64,000 bases of DNA from Mycobacteriaceae bacterium (GCA_044222225.1 JBGANR010000020.1:15768-79767); one strand, 5' to 3'; positions 45,848 through 55,079 are shown, counted from the stretch's first letter. The notes: generated by a model not told the origin, from the letters alone. Numbers and translations: made by a program.

Positions 45848-47518
45848 CTACTCCGGCAGGTAGTCGTCGACGGCCCGGGCGATGTCGGCGAGCCGGCCGC
45901 AGTTCGCCGTGCTGGACTGCTGCAGGCCGATCCACAGCGTGCCGTTGGACGCCGACTTGTAGGCGAGGACGCAGAAACCGGCGGCCGTCGAGTTGGTGTT
46001 CGTCGCGTTGAACTGGCGCCACTTGTCGTTGACGACGCTGGCGGTGCCGCTGTCCCAGTCGGTCGAGTTCTGGAAGGTGGCGAACTTGACGTCGACGTTC
46101 CCGTTCTTGCTGTCGACGCCCTTGCAGGCCCACTTGACGCCGCTGGTGTTGCGCTGTCCGGGGTCGTCGAGGAGCGCCGAGATGCCGAGATTCGTGATGA
46201 CGTCGCTCGGGATCTTGCAGGGATCGATGTAGTTCTCCCGCAGGACGGCGACCTTGTCGATCGACGGCTTCGTCGAGGTGGACGTCGTGGGAGCAGTGGG
46301 CCCCGGGTCGTCCGAGCCGCTGGACATGATGATGACGACGGCGGCGATGACGGCCGCGATGGTGACGACGACCGCGCAGGCGATGAGGACGTTCTTGTTT
46401 CCGGACTTCGCCGGGGGCGTCGGCGACGCCGGCCGCACCGGTTGCGGCTGCTGCCACGACTGCTGCGGGGGGCCGTTCCACGACTGCTGCGGGCCGGACT
46501 GTCCGGTGTATCCCTGATGCGGACCGGCCTGCGTGGGAGGTGACTGGTAATTCGGATGCGGGACCGACGGCTGCGAGCCCGGAGTGATCGGCATCACCGG
46601 CATGGACGGCATCGACGGTCGGCTGATCGGTCCGCGGCCGATGGTGGTGCTGTCCGGAACCGCGCTGGCCGGCAGCGCGGCGTGCGTGCCGGCGGCGGCG
46701 GAGAGGGCCTGGGCGAACGCGCGGCAACTGCCGAAACGCTGCGTCGCGTGCTTGGCCATTCCGCGGGCGATGACGCCGTCGACGGCGGGCGGCAGACCCG
46801 GCCGGTTGTGCGACGGGACGGGCGGAGGGGCCGTCAGATGCTTGCCGATGACGGTGGCGCTGGACGCCGAGCCGAACGGCTTCTGTCCGGTGAGCAGGTG
46901 GACCGCGGTGCACGCGAGGCTGTACTGGTCGGTGCGGCCGTCGAGATGATCGCCGGAGAGCTGCTCGGGCGAGCAGTAGTCGACGGTGCCGACGGTGGTG
47001 CCGATCGCCGTCAGCTCGCTGGGCTCGTCGGCGCGGGCGATGCCGAAGTCGCCGAGCATGATCCGGGGTGTCGATCCGCTGGAATCGATGAGGATGTTGC
47101 CGGGTTTGACGTCGCGGTGCAGCAGCCCCTTGCTGTGCGCGTAGTCGAGGGCGTCCGCGACGGCGTTGATGATGGCGATGACCTGCCCGAGCGGCAGACC
47201 GGCCGGATTCTGCAGGAGCATCGCCGACGCGTCGGGCCCGGGCACGAGCTTCATGCTCATCCAGAGGCGGCCCTCGTCCTCGCCGCGGTCGTAGACGGGC
47301 ACGATGTTCGGGTGGTCGAGCGCACCCGCGAGGTCGGCTTCACGTTCGAAACGGCCGCGATAGGTGTTGTCGTCCGAGAAGCGGTCGGCGAGTACCTTGA
47401 GGGCGTCCGTCCGGGGTAGGCGGGGGTGCCGGGCGGCGTAGACGGCGCCCATGCCGCCGGTGCCGAGGACGCGTTCGATCGTGTATCCGCCGATGACGGC
47501 GCCGGCCGGTTCGGTCAC
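45848..47518 (-). CDS. Ser/Thr protein kinase (PknF/I/J-like) with TM helix and C-terminal four-Cys extracellular domain
   Basis: 556 aa; GTG with a GAGGAGG RBS. Gly-loop LGTGGMGAVY, catalytic HRDVKPGNILI, DFG, and an activation segment TVDYCSPEQ. Pro/Gln-rich linker, a TM helix (VLIACAVVVTIAAVIAAVVIIM), and a roughly 170-aa ectodomain with 4 Cys that ends in DDYLPE. Confidence 0.85.
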   Translation of the reverse strand: MTEPAGAVIGGYTIERVLGTGGMGAVYAARHPRLPRTDALKVLADRFSDDNTYRGRFEREADLAGALDHPNIVPVYDRGEDEGRLWMSMKLVPGPDASAMLLQNPAGLPLGQVIAIINAVADALDYAHSKGLLHRDVKPGNILIDSSGSTPRIMLGDFGIARADEPSELTAIGTTVGTVDYCSPEQLSGDHLDGRTDQYSLACTAVHLLTGQKPFGSASSATVIGKHLTAPPPVPSHNRPGLPPAVDGVIARGMAKHATQRFGSCRAFAQALSAAAGTHAALPASAVPDSTTIGRGPISRPSMPSMPVMPITPGSQPSVPHPNYQSPPTQAGPHQGYTGQSGPQQSWNGPPQQSWQQPQPVRPASPTPPAKSGNKNVLIACAVVVTIAAVIAAVVIIMSSGSDDPGPTAPTTSTSTKPSIDKVAVLRENYIDPCKIPSDVITNLGISALLDDPGQRNTSGVKWACKGVDSKNGNVDVKFATFQNSTDWDSGTASVVNDKWRQFNATNTNSTAAGFCVLAYKSASNGTLWIGLQQSSTANCGRLADIARAVDDYLPE

Positions 47519-47650
47519 CTGAGCCTCCTCGTGTGCTCGACGTCCGCGCTGGCGGACGGGATCTCGGTCCGCGCGCGCGGACGCGAATGGTCGACGTTCA
47601 TGAGCACAGTAGCACTATCTAGTGATCCTTAAACGTCAGGTGATGATCTG

Positions 47651-49603
47651 CTAGTGAGGGAGCACGGTGTCGACCTCGTAGGCGATCGAACTCAGGTCGT
47701 CGCACACGCCTCCGGTGGTGCCTTCGCGCGGCTCGATCGAGATCTCCAGCAGCCCGTCCTCGCCCGGGCCGTCGTAGCCGACGTAGCAGCGGGTCTCCGT
47801 CTTGTAGAGGCGCCAGCCCTGACGGCCCGGCAGCGGTGTCCGGTCCGGCGAGGACCGGCGCTTCGCCGCCTCCGCCGCGCCGTCCGTGCCGCTCCGATGG
47901 ACGACGAAGGACACGGTGTGGTTGCGCAGCTGCGCCACGCACCCCACCTCGGCGGTCGTGAGCGGACCGACGCCGGCCCTGGCCAGCGTGCTGTCCGGGA
48001 TGCGGCACGGGTCCATGACGCCGTCCACGACGATCGTGCCGTTGATCAACGTCCCGCTGGGCTTCGTCCCGGTGGGTGACGTGGGCGTCCCGGTCCCGCT
48101 GGTCGCTCCGGACGTCGTGCTGACGGACGACGTGCCGGGCGGCGCGGCATCGTTCGTCTTGCGCTTCTCGAGGTACACGAACACCCCGGCCACCACGAGT
48201 GCGACGACGAGCACGCCGATGCCGGCGACGAGGCCGCGCCGACGCGTGCTCCGCCGCCCCGGGGCCGGCCGTGCGGCCGGAGTGTGCGGGGCCGGACCGG
48301 CATGGTCACCGGAACCGGACCGGGTCGGCGGAGCCGGCGTCCGGGGTGCCGCGGCGCCGGAGGCATGACGACCGGTGGGCGCCGGCGCCGGGGTCTGTCG
48401 GCGCTGGGTGGGGAACTGCTGCGGCGTCGGATGCCGCGGGGGCGCGGGCGGAGTCATGGCGCCGGCGGTCCGGTGCCGCGGCGGGTGCGCGCCCGACGGC
48501 GTCTTCGTCGTCCGCTGATCCGGCCCGAGCATCGTGGGCTGCGCCTGCGAGGCCGGCGGTGTGCGCGGGCGTCGCGCATCGGCTGCGGGGTTGCCGGGCG
48601 GCGTTCCCGGACCGGGCGCCGGCAGGCGACGTGAGACCGGGGTGCCGGGTCGCGGGAGACCGGGGTGCGGCGACGTCGGGGCGGTCGGCTCGTCCGGCGG
48701 CGACGTCTCGGCCTCGAGGCGTGACGTCGTCCGGTCCGGCAGGCTCGTGCCCGGCACGAACTTGACGGTCGACGGGTCGTCGAGCGCCTCGGCCAGCGCG
48801 GTCGCGAACGCCGCGCACGTCCGGTAGCGGGCCTCGGGCGCCTTGGCCATGGCGCGGCCGATGACGACGTCCGCCGCGGCCGGGGTGTCGCGCCGGAAAC
48901 GGGAGAGCGGTGGCGGCACCGACACCATGTGCTGGCCGATGACCCCCGCCGTGCTCGACGAGTCGAACGGCGGCGCGCCGGTGAGCAGAGTGAAGGCCGT
49001 GCAGGCGAGGCTGTACTGGTCCGACCGGCCGTCGATGTCGCCCCCCGCGAGCTGTTCGGGGGAGCAGTAGTCGACCGTGCCGAGCACCATGCCGGTCGCC
49101 GTCAGTCGCGAGCGGCCGAGCGGTCGCGCGATGCCGAAATCCGAGAGCAGGACGAGCTTGCGCGTTTCGTCGATGAGGATGTTCGCCGGTTTGACGTCCC
49201 GGTGCAGGAGCCCGCGGGCGTGGGCGAAGTCGAGCGCGTCGGCGACGGCGGAGACGATCGAGACCGCGACGGCCGTCGGCAGGCCGTGGGGAGAATCGAC
49301 GAGCATCGCGTCGGCGTCCGTGCCGCGGATGAGTTTCATGCTCATCCAGAGCCGACCGCGGTCGGCGCCGCGGTCGAAGACCTGCAGGATGTGCGGGTGG
49401 TCGAGGTCGGCGGCGATGTCCGCCTCCCGCTCGAACCGCCGCTGGAACTCCGGATCATCCGAGTACTCCGCTGCGAGCACTTTGAGTGCGTCGACCCGCG
49501 GCACGCGGGGATGCCGCGCGGCGTAGACGGTGCCCATCCCCCCGGATCCCAGCACCGATTCGATGCGGTATCCGGAGATGAGGCTCCCGATCGGCTCCGG
49601 CAT
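47651..49603 (-). CDS. Ser/Thr protein kinase (PknF/I/J-like) with TM helix and C-terminal four-Cys extracellular domain
   Basis: Start at the ATG at 49603 (MPEPIGSLISGY) with a GGAGGAA RBS; the 152 codons upstream in the track are a read-through. Same kinase motifs as kinase 1. Long Pro/Arg/Thr-rich linker, a TM helix (LVAGIGVLVVALVVAGVFVYL), and an ectodomain ending in VDTVLPH. Confidence 0.8.
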   Translation of the reverse strand: MPEPIGSLISGYRIESVLGSGGMGTVYAARHPRVPRVDALKVLAAEYSDDPEFQRRFEREADIAADLDHPHILQVFDRGADRGRLWMSMKLIRGTDADAMLVDSPHGLPTAVAVSIVSAVADALDFAHARGLLHRDVKPANILIDETRKLVLLSDFGIARPLGRSRLTATGMVLGTVDYCSPEQLAGGDIDGRSDQYSLACTAFTLLTGAPPFDSSSTAGVIGQHMVSVPPPLSRFRRDTPAAADVVIGRAMAKAPEARYRTCAAFATALAEALDDPSTVKFVPGTSLPDRTTSRLEAETSPPDEPTAPTSPHPGLPRPGTPVSRRLPAPGPGTPPGNPAADARRPRTPPASQAQPTMLGPDQRTTKTPSGAHPPRHRTAGAMTPPAPPRHPTPQQFPTQRRQTPAPAPTGRHASGAAAPRTPAPPTRSGSGDHAGPAPHTPAARPAPGRRSTRRRGLVAGIGVLVVALVVAGVFVYLEKRKTNDAAPPGTSSVSTTSGATSGTGTPTSPTGTKPSGTLINGTIVVDGVMDPCRIPDSTLARAGVGPLTTAEVGCVAQLRNHTVSFVVHRSGTDGAAEAAKRRSSPDRTPLPGRQGWRLYKTETRCYVGYDGPGEDGLLEISIEPREGTTGGVCDDLSSIAYEVDTVLPH

Positions 49604-49749
49604 CGATTCCTCCATCACGAACGGCGTGGCTGGATAGACGCTAGCGCGAGCTCCCGCTGCCGCGCCGCCGCCGTCCAGGGCGGTCGCTGCGCGGCGCCGA
49701 CCACCGTGTGTCGTTTCGCGTATCGGTTCGCCGCCGCCGAACCGGGCTC

Positions 49750-50370
49750 TCATGGCAACGCGGGCGCGAGCGCACGCGCGAGGTCGGGGAGCCGGTCGCA
49801 GATCGGTGTCACTCCGGGCTTCGCGGGAATGAGATAGGTCGAGTCGACCGATTGCAGGACCACGAGGCCGTCGTCGTCGGGCGTCTTGTACATGGCCACG
49901 CACTCGTGCGAGTTCGGGTCGGCGGACAGCCGCCAGGCGGGCATGCCCGGAATCGTCTCCGACGCCCCGGCGTAGCGGGTCCAGTACGACGGATTGCCGT
50001 CGACGGCCCAGGCGCCGATGAAGATCGAGTCGTTCGACGCGGCGTCCGGCGTCCAGCATGAGTTCCCGCCCACCTGTGCGGGCCCGAAGCCGGCGCCGCT
50101 GAGCAGGTCGGCGGGCACCTTGGCGCAGTCGACGACGCCCGCCGTGACGAACGACGGCCGCTGCGCGACCGAGGAGGACGGCGCGGTGGAGGCCGGCGTC
50201 GTCGCGGCCGTCCCGCCGCCGGGCGGCGTGGTGGTCGTCGCGATTCCCGGCGTGCTCGACGACGACGACGCGGCGGCGCCGTCGTTCCCGGTGCCCGTGC
50301 AGGCGGCGGAAAGGGTGGCGACGGTGAGCAGACCGGCAGCGGCGGCGGCGCGGGTGCGGAAGACGGACAT
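49750..50370 (-). CDS. lipoprotein that is a free-standing paralogue of the kinase four-Cys ectodomain
   Basis: 206 aa; ATG with a GAGGAG RBS. Signal peptide plus lipobox (LLTVATLSAAC), a Ser/Thr/Pro-rich spacer, then a domain sharing the motifs DC.K.P ... C ... GMPAWRL ... C.A.Y ... ICD ... LA.ALP with the kinase ectodomains. Confidence 0.75.
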   Translation of the reverse strand: MSVFRTRAAAAAGLLTVATLSAACTGTGNDGAAASSSSSTPGIATTTTPPGGGTAATTPASTAPSSSVAQRPSFVTAGVVDCAKVPADLLSGAGFGPAQVGGNSCWTPDAASNDSIFIGAWAVDGNPSYWTRYAGASETIPGMPAWRLSADPNSHECVAMYKTPDDDGLVVLQSVDSTYLIPAKPGVTPICDRLPDLARALAPALP

Positions 50371-50424
50371 GGCGGGCTCCTCGGGTTCTGGTGGTCGTGT
50401 GGGCGCTTCGTCGGGCGGGTGAGG

Positions 50425-51057
50425 TCAGGGCAGGACGGTGTCGACGGCGTGTGCGATGTCGGCGCGGCGATCGCAGAGCGAGACGAGCTCGCCGGGGAGG
50501 GGATCGGTCTGGACGCCGAACTCGATGTAGTAGAAGGCGCTTCCGTCCGGGGCGTCGTACCCGGCGAAGCAGCTCAGCTCGTCTCCGTAGAGGCGCCAGC
50601 CGGCGAGCCCGGGCACGATGTCGGCGCCGGTCGCCGCGAATGCGGCGCGGGCTTCCGGTCCCTTGCCCGGCGCGACGATGTTGATGTGCCCGTAGTTCGG
50701 GCGCACGCCGGCCTGATTGAGTGCCGGATCGCTGATCTCGCAGGTGTCGTCACCGCCGCTCTGCTGATGCAGCCCGATGCGGGCCAGCGGCTCTTCGAGG
50801 AGCTCGCAGTTGGGGCCCGTGCCGTCGCGGAGCACGAGGTTGGCGCCGGCGTGTCGAGCGGGGGCGCTCGTCGGGGTCGTCGTCCCGGATGTCGTGGACG
50901 TCTGCGGGGCGCCGCCCGGCGCGCTGGACGTGGGCGTGCCGGAGCTGCTGGCGGCCGTATCGGATCCACCGGCGTCGCACGCCGAGAGCGACAGTGCCGA
51001 GAGCGCGGCCGCAATCGTCAGTCCGGCGGCGAGACGGCGGGATGCGGTGATGGCCAT
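50425..51057 (-). CDS. lipoprotein, second free-standing paralogue of the kinase four-Cys ectodomain
   Basis: Start at the ATG at 51057 (MAITASRRLAAGLTIAAALSALSLSAC, a lipobox) with a GGAGG RBS. Domain motifs NCELL ... TCEIS ... GLAGWRLYGD ... CFAGYDAPDGSAFYYIEF ... LCDRRADIAHAVDTVLP align with kinases 2 and 3 and with lipoprotein A. Confidence 0.75.
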   Translation of the reverse strand: MAITASRRLAAGLTIAAALSALSLSACDAGGSDTAASSSGTPTSSAPGGAPQTSTTSGTTTPTSAPARHAGANLVLRDGTGPNCELLEEPLARIGLHQQSGGDDTCEISDPALNQAGVRPNYGHINIVAPGKGPEARAAFAATGADIVPGLAGWRLYGDELSCFAGYDAPDGSAFYYIEFGVQTDPLPGELVSLCDRRADIAHAVDTVLP

Positions 51058-51118
51058 GGCGGACCTCCAGATCGAACGTGTGATGTACCAAGGAAATCGT
51101 CTGCCGACTGCCTCGTGA

Positions 51119-51141
51119 GGGCATCGGTAGTCGACTACTCG
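51119..51141. promoter_or_regulatory. conserved 23-nt motif GGGCATCGGTAGTCGACTACTCG (perfect palindrome GTAGTCGACTAC at 51127-51138) upstream of lipoprotein B
   Basis: Matches 22 of 23 nt of a second copy at 53380-53402. Lies 62-84 nt upstream of the lipoprotein B start codon. Confidence 0.5.
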
Positions 51142-51259
51142 AACGACGCGCGCCGGATCGGACGGGCCAAACGTGAGGCCCCACAACGGACCGCAGACGC
51201 ACATCGCGCCGGCCGCGGACTGCGGCCGGCGCGATGCGTCGGATCGGGTCGGAGCCCGC

Positions 51260-53311
51260 TCAGTGGGTCGGCTGGGGCGTCTGGGTCTGGTTCGCCGTCG
51301 TCTGGTGAGGCGTCGTCTGAGTGGTCGTGGGTTCCCAGGTCGTCGTCGGCGGCGTCGTGTGGGTCGTGGTCGGCTTCCACGTCGTCGTCGGGCAGTCGTG
51401 GGTGCAGCCGTAGGTGGTCGTCGGCGGCGGCGTCCACGTCGGCTCCGGCGTGTACGTCGGCTGTGGCGCCGCGGTGGTGGTGGCAGCGGCCGCGACGGCC
51501 GGCGGCAGTACGCCGCTCACGGCACGGGCGACGTTCGTCAGGGCGTCGCAGATGCTCTCGGAGCTGGAGGCGTAGTGCATGGAGAGTTCCAGCAGACCGG
51601 TGTCCTTCGCTCCGGCGTAGCCGACGAAGCAGTCCGTCGCATCCTTGAAGTGCCGCCAGCCGGGCACGCCGGACAGCGGTTCACCGCCGGTGAAGCGTGC
51701 CCACGCCTCCTCGTCCTTCCCGGCCGGATGAACGTCGAACGAGACGGCGTGGCCGCCGTCGACGGTCGTCGCGATGCACCCGGTGTCGGTCGTCTTGAAC
51801 TCCTGCAGCCCGGCCGCGGTGAGCACCGACTGCGGGATCTTGCAGGCGTTCATGACGCCTTCGTCGACGATCGTCTCGCCGTCGGGCGCCGGTGCCGGGA
51901 GCGGACGCGTCGACGTCGACTCGGTGGCCGACGACGGGGTCGTCTCGGCCGACGTCGTGGCTGTCGTAGCCGTGTCGGTGCCTTCGTTGTTCTTCGACAC
52001 GAGGATGTAGCCGCCGGCCCCGAACGCGACGAGGGCCGCGACCGCGAGCGACAGCAACAACAGCGGCCCCCGGCGCGACCGGGGCTCGCCCGGACGCGGC
52101 CCTCCGCCGCCCGGCGGTGGCGGCGGGAACGGCGGCGGAGCGGCCGTCGGCGGCATCGTCTGCCGTCGGGTGGCACCGTCGGCCGGGCCTGAACGCCCGA
52201 CGAGAGCCGGGCCGCGTATCTCGGTGGCCGAATCGTCGAATCCGCCGGGCACATCGGTCGTGCGCCGCCGCATCTGCTGGTGCATCGGCGGCCGGGTGGG
52301 CGTCCGGGGCGGCATCGCGGCCGTCGGATCGTCGAGGTACTCGGTCGCGGGGTCGAGCACCGGCAGGGGCTGCGACGGCGGCGGCGCGTCGAACGCGGCG
52401 CGCAGGGCGTCGGCGAAATCGCTGCAGCGCGCGAACCGGTCGTCCGGCTCCTTGGCCATCGCGCGCGCCAGCACGGCGTCGACGGCCGCCGGGGTGTCCG
52501 GACGGAACTGCGAGATCCGCGGCGGCTCGGACACCATGTGCTGGCCGATGACGCCGGCGTTGCTCGGCGCGTCGAACGGCGCCCGGCCGGTGAACAGCGC
52601 GAACGCCGTGCACGTGAGGCTGTACTGGTCGGCGCGGCCGTCGAGCGGCGAGCCGGTGAGCTGCTCCGGCGAGCAGTAGTCGACGGTGCCGATCGTCATT
52701 CCCGTGGCCGTCAGCCGCGTCCGCCCCATCGGGCGGGCGATGCCGAAGTCCGCCAGCAGCACCTGACGTCCCTGGTCGGCGATGAGGATGTTCGCGGGCT
52801 TGACGTCGCGGTGCAGCAGATTACGCCGATGCGCGTAGTCGAGGGCGCGGGCGACGGCGTCGATGATCGTCAGCGCGGAGGTGACGTCGAGGCCCTGGGG
52901 CGAGCGGTGGAGCAGCGCCTCGGCGTCCGTGCCGCGGACGAGCTTCATGCTCATCCACAGTCGGCCGTGGTCCTCGCCGCGGTCGAAGACCTGCAGGATG
53001 TGCGGGTGGTCGAGGTCGGCGGCGATGTCGGCCTCGCGTTCGAACCGGGCGCGGAACTCGGGATCGGCCGAGTACTGCTCGGCGAGCACCTTGAGCGCGT
53101 CGATGCGCGGCACCCGAGGATGGCGCGCGGCGTAGACGGTGCCCATGCCGCCCGCCCCGAGCGTCGAGAGCACGCGGTATCCGGAGATCGTCATGGCCGC
53201 CGGCCCGAGCGCGGTGCCGGGCCCCGTGGTGAGGTCGGCTCCGTAGGTCTCGTCCGGCGACGGACCGCGCCCCTGTCCGGGGCCCGCGGGGGGACTGCTC
53301 GGCATGATCAC
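51260..53311 (-). CDS. Ser/Thr protein kinase (PknF/I/J-like) with TM helix, four-Cys extracellular domain and Thr/Pro/Trp-rich C-terminal tail
   Basis: 683 aa (GTG at 53311; an ATG at 53305 has a GGAG RBS). Kinase motifs as in kinases 1 and 2. TM helix (LLLLSLAVAALVAFGAGGYILV). Ectodomain ending in ARAVSGVLP. Followed by an approximately 80-aa tail rich in PTTTW repeats with a CTHDC motif. Confidence 0.85.
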   Translation of the reverse strand: MIMPSSPPAGPGQGRGPSPDETYGADLTTGPGTALGPAAMTISGYRVLSTLGAGGMGTVYAARHPRVPRIDALKVLAEQYSADPEFRARFEREADIAADLDHPHILQVFDRGEDHGRLWMSMKLVRGTDAEALLHRSPQGLDVTSALTIIDAVARALDYAHRRNLLHRDVKPANILIADQGRQVLLADFGIARPMGRTRLTATGMTIGTVDYCSPEQLTGSPLDGRADQYSLTCTAFALFTGRAPFDAPSNAGVIGQHMVSEPPRISQFRPDTPAAVDAVLARAMAKEPDDRFARCSDFADALRAAFDAPPPSQPLPVLDPATEYLDDPTAAMPPRTPTRPPMHQQMRRRTTDVPGGFDDSATEIRGPALVGRSGPADGATRRQTMPPTAAPPPFPPPPPGGGGPRPGEPRSRRGPLLLLSLAVAALVAFGAGGYILVSKNNEGTDTATTATTSAETTPSSATESTSTRPLPAPAPDGETIVDEGVMNACKIPQSVLTAAGLQEFKTTDTGCIATTVDGGHAVSFDVHPAGKDEEAWARFTGGEPLSGVPGWRHFKDATDCFVGYAGAKDTGLLELSMHYASSSESICDALTNVARAVSGVLPPAVAAAATTTAAPQPTYTPEPTWTPPPTTTYGCTHDCPTTTWKPTTTHTTPPTTTWEPTTTQTTPHQTTANQTQTPQPTH

Positions 53312-53379
53312 TCCATCAGGTCGCTGGGACGGACGCGGGCCGCGCCTGTCGATCCAATCGTCAGACGTTCGCCCCGGGT

Positions 53380-53402
53380 GGGCATCAGTAGTCGACTACT
53401 CG
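53380..53402. promoter_or_regulatory. conserved 23-nt motif GGGCATCAGTAGTCGACTACTCG (perfect 14-bp palindrome AGTAGTCGACTACT at 53387-53400) upstream of kinase 3, within the kinase-3 / rpmE divergent region
   Basis: Second copy of the motif found at 51119-51141. Lies 69-91 nt upstream of the kinase-3 start. Confidence 0.5.
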
Positions 53403-53678
53403 TCTCGATCATCCGCTCGAGACGCGCCGGCGGTGCAACGGGAATGCGACCGGCCCGAGCGGTGTTCAACCGGTGGCCGACGATTGGAGACGTCGGTGCC
53501 CGTCTGGCATGATCGACGGGTCAATCGCTCCAACAGCACATCTTCAGTCCGGTTCCGGTTCACACCGTGCCGCCACGTCCGTGAGCAGGTTCTCGATTGC
53601 GCCGACCATACGGTGCGACGGGGGCCGATGCGCAACGGAATCGGCGGGCGGTGACCCGGAGCCATGAAAGGGACACCA

Positions 53679-53906
53679 ATGAAGCAGGGAATCCATCCCG
53701 AGTATGTCGAGACCACGGTGCTCTGTGGCTGCGGCAACACGTTCACCACGCACAGCACCAAGACCAGCGGCCGGATCACGGTCGAGGTCTGCTCGCAGTG
53801 CCATCCGTTCTACACCGGCAAGCAGAAGATCCTCGACACCGGCGGCCGCGTGGCCCGGTTCGAGGCCCGCTACGGCAAGCGCAAGCGCGTCGGCGCCGAA
53901 GACTAG
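53679..53906 (+). CDS. rpmE: 50S ribosomal protein L31 (zinc-ribbon type)
   Basis: 75 aa from the ATG at 53679 (MKQGIHPEY). Cys pairs CGCG ... [10 protein letters not shown] are typical of L31 type A. Confidence 0.85.
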   Translation: MKQGIHPEYVETTVLCGCGNTFTTHSTKTSGRITVEVCSQCHPFYTGKQKILDTGGRVARFEARYGKRKRVGAED

Positions 53907-53914
53907 CCGCCTCA

Positions 53915-53950
53915 CACGCGCCCGACTCGATGTTTCGAGTCGGGCGCGTG
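53915..53950 (+). terminator. hairpin after rpmE (16-bp perfect stem, 4-nt loop) followed by a T-rich stretch
   Basis: CACGCGCCCGACTCGA-TGTT-TCGAGTCGGGCGCGTG, then TTGCGTTC. Confidence 0.5.
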
Positions 53951-53993
53951 TTGCGTTCACCCGGATCAGTTCACCCCGGATCAGAGGAGTCTC

Positions 53994-55075
<1,082 letters not shown>

Positions 55076-55079
<4 letters not shown>

